From Dehalococcoidia bacterium (GTDB lineage: Bacteria; Chloroflexota; Dehalococcoidia; Lucifugimonadales; CATOSD01), in assembly GCA_034422735.1 (NCBI GenBank), contig DAOUJL010000039.1, positions 100,136-164,135 of the forward strand: 64,000 bases of DNA. The letters are read 5' to 3'. The notes beneath the pieces are model-generated. The model had not been told where the DNA came from and did not search any database. It worked only from the letters and a program-made list of their open reading frames with translations. Of this stretch, positions 57,252 to 64,000 are shown piece by piece. The position numbers were made by a program, and so were the translations under genes. Within the stretch, counting starts at the first letter, position 1. Every line of letters starts with the position of its first letter.

Positions 57252-58799
57252 ATGAGGCTCTTCTTCAAATGGCTCGTCTTCGTGATGGTTCCGCGCTGGC
57301 TCATAGTGGCCCTGCGATCCGATATTCCTCGCCGGCCCTCCAAAGACCCCACAAAACACACCGATTACGAAATTGGCTGGGCCCTACAAGACGGCTGGGC
57401 AGAACTGGTAGAGGAGCACGTCCCCGCTTCCGCTGGTGACATCTCCGGCAAGGAAGCCGTGGCGCTCAGGCGAGTCAACATCAACGTAGCCTTCGTCGAC
57501 AGGCGCGAGCACGACGAGGCCATAGCGTTCGTCCGGCCCAGCGTCTCGCTCAGGAGGCTGCCCGACGCCGCGCTGGGGTTGCTCCTGGGCGTGCCGGCAG
57601 AAGCGGCCCGCGCCATCGACCAGGCTATGCGCGAAGAAAACCCCGGCCTCATCTCGCCGATGCACGTGCTTGTTTCGTGCCACTTCCGGCAGGGGCGATG
57701 GCGTCCGATAGTAGTGGACTTGGACGAGCTGGCATTCGAAGCTGAACGGCAGTCGCTAATGGCCGAAGTGTACAAGCGGCAGACCACCTGGAAACAGTCC
57801 GCTGCCCTGGATTCCGAATTGTACGTAGCAATTGGGGAATCGGTCCAGATTCAGACCGACCTGAAGGAGCCGCCGTTCGCCGTGATGGTGCTAGGCCCGG
57901 CCGAAAGCGTGGACGACAAGACAGTTCGCGTGCCCGTCCGCATCACCGCGATTGTCCCCAGATGGTCGCTATCGTCCATCGGCGGCTCTTTCCTGACATC
58001 TCTGCAGACCGAGCCGGGCGAGCGCGGCGAGTCTGTCAGCTGGTCGAATCTCGACACTTCGCCCTCACCCTACTCTCCAGGATTCGAGGACGTCATCCTG
58101 GTCAAAGGAGGCTCGCATGAGATTTACCTGTACTTCCGCGCCGATGACGATAGCCGCGAGACGACGGTCCCGCACCTACCCTTCACGGAGATGCACTACT
58201 TCGACGGCTCAGAGCAGATAATCGCGTCCGATCTGACCCGAACCTCGCCCATTCCGGAGCGCGCCAGGTTAGACGCCGGAAGCCTAGGTGCCCTATGGGA
58301 CGACCCGCCCGTCGAGGCCGTCGGCGCCAGGCTGAGCGGCGGACAGTGGGGGCACATACCCACTCCCCCGAAAGCCGGGATAGGCGACACGGTCAGGGCC
58401 ACGACGTTCACCGACTGGCCCAATCCCGGACGTGACAAGCCCTCTTACGACATCACCGTCCTGGGCTTGCCGCAGGTCTTTGACGACCGCGCCGTCCGCC
58501 TCCACCTTCGAATCACGTCACTGGAGGACGGGCTCTCGTTACGTGCGCTGGAGTTCCAGCTATCGTCCGGCCCCGACACATACGGCCGCATACATCACCT
58601 GTGGGAATCGCGTCCGCTGTACGAGGAGAACCCCAATCTGCCCGACTCCCTGCCTGACGCCGTGCTGGAGGCAGGACAGACCGCCGAAGGCCACGTCTAC
58701 TTTCCCGCCCCGCACAGCGAGCACGTTCCGCCCGGGACAGCACTCACCATCCTCTGGCACGGCGACACCCTGTTCGAGCAGCCAATCACCTTGGCGTGA
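57252..58799 (+). CDS. hypothetical protein with N-terminal hydrophobic segment and two DUF4352-like beta-sandwich repeats
   Basis: 515 aa with an internal duplication: ...FAVMVLGPAESVDDKTVRVPVRITAIV... and ...YDITVLGLPQVFDDRAVRLHLRITSLE.... Confidence 0.45.
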   Translation: MRLFFKWLVFVMVPRWLIVALRSDIPRRPSKDPTKHTDYEIGWALQDGWAELVEEHVPASAGDISGKEAVALRRVNINVAFVDRREHDEAIAFVRPSVSLRRLPDAALGLLLGVPAEAARAIDQAMREENPGLISPMHVLVSCHFRQGRWRPIVVDLDELAFEAERQSLMAEVYKRQTTWKQSAALDSELYVAIGESVQIQTDLKEPPFAVMVLGPAESVDDKTVRVPVRITAIVPRWSLSSIGGSFLTSLQTEPGERGESVSWSNLDTSPSPYSPGFEDVILVKGGSHEIYLYFRADDDSRETTVPHLPFTEMHYFDGSEQIIASDLTRTSPIPERARLDAGSLGALWDDPPVEAVGARLSGGQWGHIPTPPKAGIGDTVRATTFTDWPNPGRDKPSYDITVLGLPQVFDDRAVRLHLRITSLEDGLSLRALEFQLSSGPDTYGRIHHLWESRPLYEENPNLPDSLPDAVLEAGQTAEGHVYFPAPHSEHVPPGTALTILWHGDTLFEQPITLA

Positions 58800-58930
58800 C
58801 GTGCGCCCAAACGCAACCACTATCCGGTACCGGCCACCGCCTGGGTTTCGGTTCTCTTCCCACTACTCCCTGGACTTCGAACCCCCGCCCCCGCCGCGCC
58901 GCCGAACCGGCGGCGATGCTCACGCAGCGT

Positions 58931-59293
58931 TCAATTGTCCATCACCACGCTCATCCCCGCCGCGCGCGCCTTCTCCGCCGCCTCCTCGTTCACCACCCCG
59001 TCCTGCATCCACACGTACCGCGCCCCCGCCTCGATCGCGTCGTCCACCACCGGACCCACCAACTCCGACCGGCGGAACACGCCCACCATGTCGATCGGCT
59101 CCGGCACCGACTTCAGGTCCGGGTACGCTTTCTCTCCCAGCACCTCGTCGATCAGCGGATTCACTGGGATGATGCGGTAACCCTGCTCCTGCATGTACTT
59201 CGACACGTAGTGGCTCGGCCTCTCCGGGTTAAGCGAAATTCCCACCACCGCGATGGTCTTGCTGTTGGTCAATTGCTCGTGCACCGTATCCAT
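58931..59293 (-). CDS. CoA-binding domain protein (YccU/YneT-like)
   Basis: 120 aa with IAVVGISLNPERPSHYVSKYMQEQGYRIIPVNP. Confidence 0.85.
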   Translation of the reverse strand: MDTVHEQLTNSKTIAVVGISLNPERPSHYVSKYMQEQGYRIIPVNPLIDEVLGEKAYPDLKSVPEPIDMVGVFRRSELVGPVVDDAIEAGARYVWMQDGVVNEEAAEKARAAGMSVVMDN

Positions 59294-59324
59294 TGCTCGC
59301 CTCCTTATCGCTCGCCTTCATTGC

Positions 59325-59365
59325 AGTCCCCTCTCCCACGCGGGGGAGAGGGTTAGGGTGAGGGG
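59325..59365 (+). repeat. family-B hairpin repeat (copy B8)
   Basis: gtcccctctcccacgcgggggagagggttagggtgaggggg. Confidence 0.9.
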
Positions 59366-59383
59366 GCTCCCCACAGGCAACCC

Positions 59384-60535
59384 TCACCGCAACTCTCGAA
59401 AGAACCCGCGAATGTCCTCCGCAAGCTCTCGCGGCGTCTCCATCGCGGCAAAGTGGCCGCCGTAGGGCATATCGGTGAACCGACGCAGGTCCGCGAAGAT
59501 ACGCTCGCACCACTCCCTCGGCGGATGCGCGATCTCCTTCGGGAACGTCGCCACCGCCGCCGGTGGTCGTATCCGCTCGTCCCGGCCGAGTTGAAGCGGG
59601 TCGCGCTGCGATTCGTAGTACAGCCGCACCGACGACCCTATCGTCCCCGTGAACCAGTAGATGCTCACGTTGGTCAGCAACTCGTCCTTCGTGTACACGC
59701 TCTCGACGTCCCCGCCGCAGTCGCTCCACGTCCGGAACTTCTCCACGATCCACGCCGCCAGACCCACCGGCGAGTCCGTCAGCCCGTAGGCCAGCGTCTG
59801 CGGCTTCGTGCCCTGGATGTGGCCGTAGCCGCCCTCCGCGTGCCGCCACTGCTCGCGCTCGGCCTGCAACGCCTTCTCCGCCGCCGTGAGCGGCGCCGAC
59901 CCCTCGCCCAGGTACGGCGCGCCTATCACCAGCGTCACGTGTCCGCCTATCACGTCCTCCGGCCGCGCGTGCGCCACGCTCGCCGTGACCGCGCCGCCCC
60001 AGTCGCCGCCGTGCGCGCCGAAACGGCTGTAGCCCAGTTCGTCCGTCATCAGCCGACCGAACAGGTCCGCCACCCGCTGGTAGCTCATCCCCGGCGCCGT
60101 GGGCTTGCCCGAGAAGCCGTACCCCGGCATAGACGGCACGACCACGTCGAAGGCATCCGTGGCGTCGCCCCCGTGCGAGGCGGGGTCGGTCAGCAGCGGG
60201 ATGAGCTTGTACATCTCCCAGAAGGTGCTCGGCCAGCCGTGCGTGATGAGCAGTGGCATCGGATTGGGCCCCTGCCCGCGCGCGTGCACGAAGTGCAGCC
60301 GCTGGCCGCCCACCTCCGCCGTGAACTGCGGCAGCTCGTTCAGCCGCCGCTCCTGCTCGCGCCAGTCGAACCCCGTCAGCCAGTAGTCCGCGAGCTCCCG
60401 CATGTAGCCCAGATTGGAGCCGTAGTCCCAGCCCGCGCCGTCCACCTCATCCGGCCACCGCGTCGCCCCAATCCGACGCCGCAGGTCCTCCAGGTCAGCC
60501 TCCGCTATGTCTATGCGAAACGGTTCAATTGCCAT
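59384..60535 (-). CDS. epoxide hydrolase (alpha/beta hydrolase with EH N-terminal domain)
   Basis: 383 aa with the N-terminal EHN pattern (FRIDIAEADLEDLRRRIGATRWPDE...), HGWPSTFWEM and the nucleophile elbow GGDWGG. Confidence 0.85.
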   Translation of the reverse strand: MAIEPFRIDIAEADLEDLRRRIGATRWPDEVDGAGWDYGSNLGYMRELADYWLTGFDWREQERRLNELPQFTAEVGGQRLHFVHARGQGPNPMPLLITHGWPSTFWEMYKLIPLLTDPASHGGDATDAFDVVVPSMPGYGFSGKPTAPGMSYQRVADLFGRLMTDELGYSRFGAHGGDWGGAVTASVAHARPEDVIGGHVTLVIGAPYLGEGSAPLTAAEKALQAEREQWRHAEGGYGHIQGTKPQTLAYGLTDSPVGLAAWIVEKFRTWSDCGGDVESVYTKDELLTNVSIYWFTGTIGSSVRLYYESQRDPLQLGRDERIRPPAAVATFPKEIAHPPREWCERIFADLRRFTDMPYGGHFAAMETPRELAEDIRGFFRELR

Positions 60536-60550
60536 GTGCGCTTCCTATTG

Positions 60551-60591
60551 GTCCCCTCTCCCCTGCGCGGGAGAGGGTTAGGGTGAGGGGG
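60551..60591 (+). repeat. family-B hairpin repeat (copy B9)
   Basis: gtcccctctcccctgcgcgggagagggttagggtgaggggg, in tandem with B10. Confidence 0.9.
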
Positions 60592-60603
60592 CTGCTCCAT
60601 TTG

Positions 60604-60643
60604 GTCCCCTCTCCCCCGCGCGGGAGAGGGTAAGGGCGAGGGG
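60604..60643 (+). repeat. family-B hairpin repeat (copy B10)
   Basis: gtcccctctcccccgcgcgggagagggtaagggcgagggg. Confidence 0.9.
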
Positions 60644-60655
60644 CTCTAGGCTAGT

Positions 60656-61708
60656 TCACCCCATCCCCAGCTCACCCGCCAGCCCGTACTCCTCCGCCAG
60701 CGACCGCAGCCGCTCCCACGTAGCATCCTCCACCTCCACGCCATCCCGCCGCTTCTGCGCCGAGCGCAGATGCTCCAGCTCGCCCGGATAATACACCCGG
60801 TCGAACCCCTCCGCGGGCGGCGTGCTCGTCAGGTACTCCGCGAACTCGGTGACTTCGCGCCTGAACTCTGCCAGGTCGCGGAACGCGTCCACGCTGAACG
60901 CCGCCATGAAGCAGCCGTCGTTGTGACGCCCGGTCGGGTCGATTCCGAATCCCAGCCCGGTCAGGATGCCCGAGAAAATCTCCACCATCGCGGACAGCCC
61001 GTACCCCTTGTGGCCCTCCGGCCCGCCCAGCGGCAGCATCACGCCGCCCTGGCGAAGCGCGCCCGGGTCCGTCGTCTGGTTGCCGTCTTTGTCCAGCAGC
61101 CAGCCCTCTGGGATGGGCGCGTTGCGCGCCGTCGCCACCGCGAGCTTGCCCGCCGCCACGGCGCTCGTCGCCATGTCGATGAAGAACGGCCCGTCCAGGT
61201 CGCTGGGCATGGCTATACAGATGGGATTCGTCCCCAGCCGCGCCTCGCGTCCGCCGAACGGCGCGACCGACTTGGCCGAGCGCCCGGAGTCCGCGGTCAT
61301 CATCCCGATCATCCCCGCCTCAGCCGCCATGATGGGATAGTCCGCAACGCGCCCCACGTGGCTCTGCCGGAACACCGTCGCCGCCGCGATGCTGTTCTGC
61401 CGCGCCTTCTCGATCGTCATGTTCATCGCGCGCTCGGACACCACGTACCCGAACCCCCAGTGGCCGTCGATCACGGTCGTGGTGGCCGTCTCCCGCACCA
61501 CCTCGAACGGCGCGCCCGGCACGATGTGCTCATGGTTCACCCGGTCGATGTACGTGGGAATCTGGATGATCCCGTGCGAGTCGTGGCCCGCGAGATTCGC
61601 CCCGATGGAGTGCCGGCTGATGATGGCCGCCTCCTCCTCGCTCGCGCCCGCGGCCTGCAGCAGCCTGCTGGCGATATTCTCGAGCCGGTCGGCCTCGATG
61701 GTGGGCAT
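60656..61708 (-). CDS. Ldh_2 family oxidoreductase (malate/L-lactate/ureidoglycolate dehydrogenase family 2)
   Basis: 350 aa with HDSHGIIQIPTYI..., GTNPICIAMP and GHKGYGLS motifs. Confidence 0.85.
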   Translation of the reverse strand: MPTIEADRLENIASRLLQAAGASEEEAAIISRHSIGANLAGHDSHGIIQIPTYIDRVNHEHIVPGAPFEVVRETATTTVIDGHWGFGYVVSERAMNMTIEKARQNSIAAATVFRQSHVGRVADYPIMAAEAGMIGMMTADSGRSAKSVAPFGGREARLGTNPICIAMPSDLDGPFFIDMATSAVAAGKLAVATARNAPIPEGWLLDKDGNQTTDPGALRQGGVMLPLGGPEGHKGYGLSAMVEIFSGILTGLGFGIDPTGRHNDGCFMAAFSVDAFRDLAEFRREVTEFAEYLTSTPPAEGFDRVYYPGELEHLRSAQKRRDGVEVEDATWERLRSLAEEYGLAGELGMG

Positions 61709-61835
61709 CTGCTCACCTCCCTGTCCAGTGTCAGCGTTGCCGCCAAGTCTAGCAGGTTTCCCCGCCCGGCGTGCGTCTCCCGGAACGCGGCCGTGTTGTG
61801 CTAGAGTAACTGAGCCAGTCCAGGCGAAACCACCG

Positions 61836-62484
61836 ATGGGGGGATAGTATTCGCGTCCTGAGCGGCCAGCGCGTCGCCGTATACATAGACGGCTTTAACC
61901 TCTTCTATGGGCTGAGAGACAAGCGCTGGCGGCGCTACTACTGGCTCGACGTGTACAAACTCGCGCAGAATCTGCTCCGCCCGCGTCAGACGCTCACTGC
62001 CGCCAGGTACTTCACCGCCCGCGTCTACCCCGACGCCGGCGACCCCGGAAAGGCCGCCCGTCAGAACGCCTACCTGGAAGCGCTGGGAACCATCCCCGGC
62101 CTGAGCATCCACTACGGTCACTTCCTGCCCAGGACCCGGCGCTGCCCCAACTGCGGCGAGCTAACGCAGTCCTACGAAGAAAAGATGACCGACGTCAACA
62201 TCGCCGTCGAAATGGTCCGGGACGCGCACGACAACCTGTTCGACGCCGCCATAGTGGTCTCCGCCGACAGCGACCTCTCGCGCCCCATCACCGCCATCAG
62301 AGAGCGGTTCCCCGAAAAGCGCGCAATCGTCGACTTCCCGCCCAGCCGCTTCTCAAGCCACCTCAGGCAAATAGCAGGCGCGGCGTTCTTCATACGACGC
62401 GATACATTGAGAGACAGCCAGTTGCCCGAACACATTACAAAACAGGATGGAATCGTCCTCTCGCGCCCCTCATCATGGGATTAG
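61836..62484 (+). CDS. NYN (LabA/DUF88-like, PIN-related) domain protein, N-terminus disrupted at a G6 run or using a non-canonical start
   Basis: The frame is open from 61810 and encodes ...RVLSGQRVAVYIDGFNLFYGLRDKRWRRYYWLDV..., which includes the essential first Asp motif, but it has no ATG/GTG/TTG before GTG 61951. An ATG at 61836 is 1 nt out of frame across the run atgggggga. Removing one G gives MGDSIRVLSGQRVAVYIDGFNL.... Confidence 0.6.
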
Positions 62485-62651
62485 AGGATTCCTGAAAAAA
62501 CGAGACGCCCCCATATCTCTATAGGGACGTCGGCCCAGCGATACTCTCACTGGGGGGGTACATACACTATAATGCGCCCCCTATCGCGCTGTCAACACAT
62601 CGTCGCCGCAATTTCGCGCTTGGCGTGGCGAAAGTCAGGACTGCTGGCAGT

Positions 62652-62680
62652 TTGTCATGGTCATTGCCAAAGGCCATAAT
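62652..62680 (+). promoter_or_regulatory. sigma70-like promoter candidate for the AbrB-like/DUF262 operon
   Basis: TTGTCA (62652-62657), a 17-nt spacer, then CATAAT (62675-62680), about 43 nt upstream of ATG 62723. Confidence 0.45.
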
Positions 62681-62722
62681 GTAAGTCCAACGGCCACTCC
62701 TCAAGGAAACGGAGCGTTTTCA

Positions 62723-62980
62723 ATGTTCGAATCCACCATAGCCGTGAAGGGCCAGACCACGCTGCCCAAAGACGTCAGGGACTCGCTGGCGGTGAAGGCA
62801 GGGGACAGGGTCCGCTATGTCATTCTGGACGAGGGAGTGCTGTTACTGCCCGTGCGGTCCACCAGCCGGCGGTTCGGTAGCCTCAAGTACGACGGCCCGC
62901 CCGTTAGCCTGGAAGATATGGACCGTGCCATCGCAGAGGGGTCAATCTTGGTAGAGAATCCCGGAGGCAATTCGTCATGA
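62723..62980 (+). CDS. AbrB/MazE/SpoVT-family antitoxin-like DNA-binding protein
   Basis: ATG 62723 (the track ORF starts at 62657). MFESTIAVKGQTTLPKDVRDSLAVKAGDRVRYVILDEGVLLLP is a swapped-hairpin barrel motif. 85 aa. The stop overlaps the next start (ATGA). Confidence 0.75.
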   Translation: MFESTIAVKGQTTLPKDVRDSLAVKAGDRVRYVILDEGVLLLPVRSTSRRFGSLKYDGPPVSLEDMDRAIAEGSILVENPGGNSS

Positions 62981-64000
62981 AGGACTCACAGAAGCCCGAC
63001 CACGTGAGCCTCGCCAACATGGTTGGTCGTCTGCGTGAAGGACGATACGTGATCCCCGATTTCCAGCGTGCCTTTGAATGGGAGCCGGGGGACATCAGGG
63101 ATCTAATGAGTTCCATCTTCCGCGACTACTACATCGGTAGCCTTCTTCTTTGGAAGGGCAAAGACGAGAACTTTGAGGTGCTTTCCTGTGAGCCGATCTA
63201 TGGCTATGAGGGAGGTGACGGCCGAAACGACATCGTCTTGGACGGTCAGCAACGTCTCGCGGCCATGTATTACGCTTTCATGGCACCCGACAAGCCCGCA
63301 CCTAACCGCCGTAATCGATACCTCTATTTCATCAAGGTCGACCGCTTCATAGACGAGACTTACGATGAGGCCTTTGCATACGACTGGACTAGCAAGGGGC
63401 TGAATCTGCTGAGTGATCGGACACGCCAGTTCGAGGAGCACATGTTCCCGCTCTCGATCGTTGGAGCAGAGGGCTGGGAACTCCCCAACTGGGTACAGGA
63501 TTATGAGGAGCACTGGCGTGAAGCGGCGGAGACACTTGAAGGATCTGAGGCCGAATCTGCCGCGTTCCATGCGGAAAACGCCAAGAAGTTTGGCGAGCAC
63601 CTGAGAGATATCACCCAGCAGTACCAGATATCGTATATCGAACTGGACCGGGATCTCGAACTCGACAAGATTTGCGATATCTTCACACAGATTAACAGCC
63701 GGGGCGTTAGACTCGACATCTTCGACCTCCTCAACGCCCTCTTAAGGCCGAAGGAGATTCGACTCAGGCAGGAACTGTGGAGAGACGCATCTCCTCGTCT
63801 GGAGTTTGCCGAAGCGGGGCGGATGAACGTGTACGTGCTTCAGGTGATGTCCATACTTCGCCAGGCGTACTGTTCCCCAAAGTATCTGTATAACCTTGTA
63901 CCTGGAAGCCAAAGGCAGGTACGGGGACCGGACGGCAAACTACGGACAGAGGTGCTTGTTTCAGACCCTGTCGAATTCAAGAATCTTTGGCATGAGGCGG
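62977..64000 (+). CDS. DUF262 (ParB-like/GmrS-like) domain protein, partial (runs off window)
   Basis: ATG 62977 has a GGAGG RBS. MKDSQKPDHVSLANMVGRLREGRYVIPDFQRAFEWEPGDIRDLMSSIF...IVLDGQQRLAAMYYAF...FTQINSRGVRLDIFDLLNA carries the DUF262 signatures xPxFQRxxxW and DGQQR. The frame is open through 64000. It is missing from the ORF track because no stop lies in the window. Confidence 0.85.
   Translation, partial: MKDSQKPDHVSLANMVGRLREGRYVIPDFQRAFEWEPGDIRDLMSSIFRDYYIGSLLLWKGKDENFEVLSCEPIYGYEGGDGRNDIVLDGQQRLAAMYYAFMAPDKPAPNRRNRYLYFIKVDRFIDETYDEAFAYDWTSKGLNLLSDRTRQFEEHMFPLSIVGAEGWELPNWVQDYEEHWREAAETLEGSEAESAAFHAENAKKFGEHLRDITQQYQISYIELDRDLELDKICDIFTQINSRGVRLDIFDLLNALLRPKEIRLRQELWRDASPRLEFAEAGRMNVYVLQVMSILRQAYCSPKYLYNLVPGSQRQVRGPDGKLRTEVLVSDPVEFKNLWHEA

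Noticed and set aside
63103-63600. 165-aa minus-strand ORF inside the DUF262 gene, and the 107-aa plus-strand ORF 30807..31130 inside the DUF5678-like gene.
   Set aside because: Both are antisense to frames with clear domain signatures and have no independent support.

Overview
High-GC bacterial chromosomal segment. Gene content (LL-DAP aminotransferase, archaeal-type apgM, DUF3105, dense PLPxGERG-type hairpin repeats) suggests Chloroflexota, but this is inference only because no database search was possible. Most of the window is housekeeping. On the plus strand: a thiolase/DUF35 pair, hisZ-hisG-X-hisD-hisC-hisB, tsaC, pgk-apgM-[mcrBC]-tpiA-miaA, dapF-dapL-hflX, ctpA-smpB, tRNA-Arg(UCU) and tenA. 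On the minus strand: purS-(2x DUF3105)-purC-purB-purE-purD-(2 small genes)-guaA, valS and an ABC-F ATPase. A small acyl-CoA/organic-acid cluster (crotonase, PrpD-family, CoA-binding, epoxide hydrolase, Ldh_2) lies near the end.

Main points of interest:
1. A thioredoxin-fold/NHL-repeat gene has an in-frame TGA exactly at the first Cys of its CxxC motif, followed by a SECIS-like hairpin. It is a probable selenoprotein, and the ORF track truncates it.
2. A McrBC GTP-dependent restriction module with a non-canonical N-terminal domain is wedged inside the glycolytic pgk-apgM-tpiA operon.
3. A PLC-like metallohydrolase is translationally coupled to hisD. It is a candidate for the missing histidinol-phosphate phosphatase.
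4. An AT-richer accessory cluster at the 3' end holds a NYN-domain gene broken at a G6 run, then an AbrB/MazE-like gene coupled by an ATGA overlap to a DUF262 (GmrS-like) gene that runs off the window.
5. Two orphan accessory genes look defence-like: one with a wHTH-like N-terminus and a degenerate TIR-like C-terminus, and one PD-(D/E)xK-like protein sitting behind about 800 nt of non-coding DNA.
6. Two related families of ~40-nt hairpin plus G-rich-tail intergenic repeats occur in at least 17 copies.
7. A separate ~70-nt palindrome-containing element occurs twice, each time upstream of an accessory gene.

Many long antisense ORFs in the track are GC-driven artefacts.
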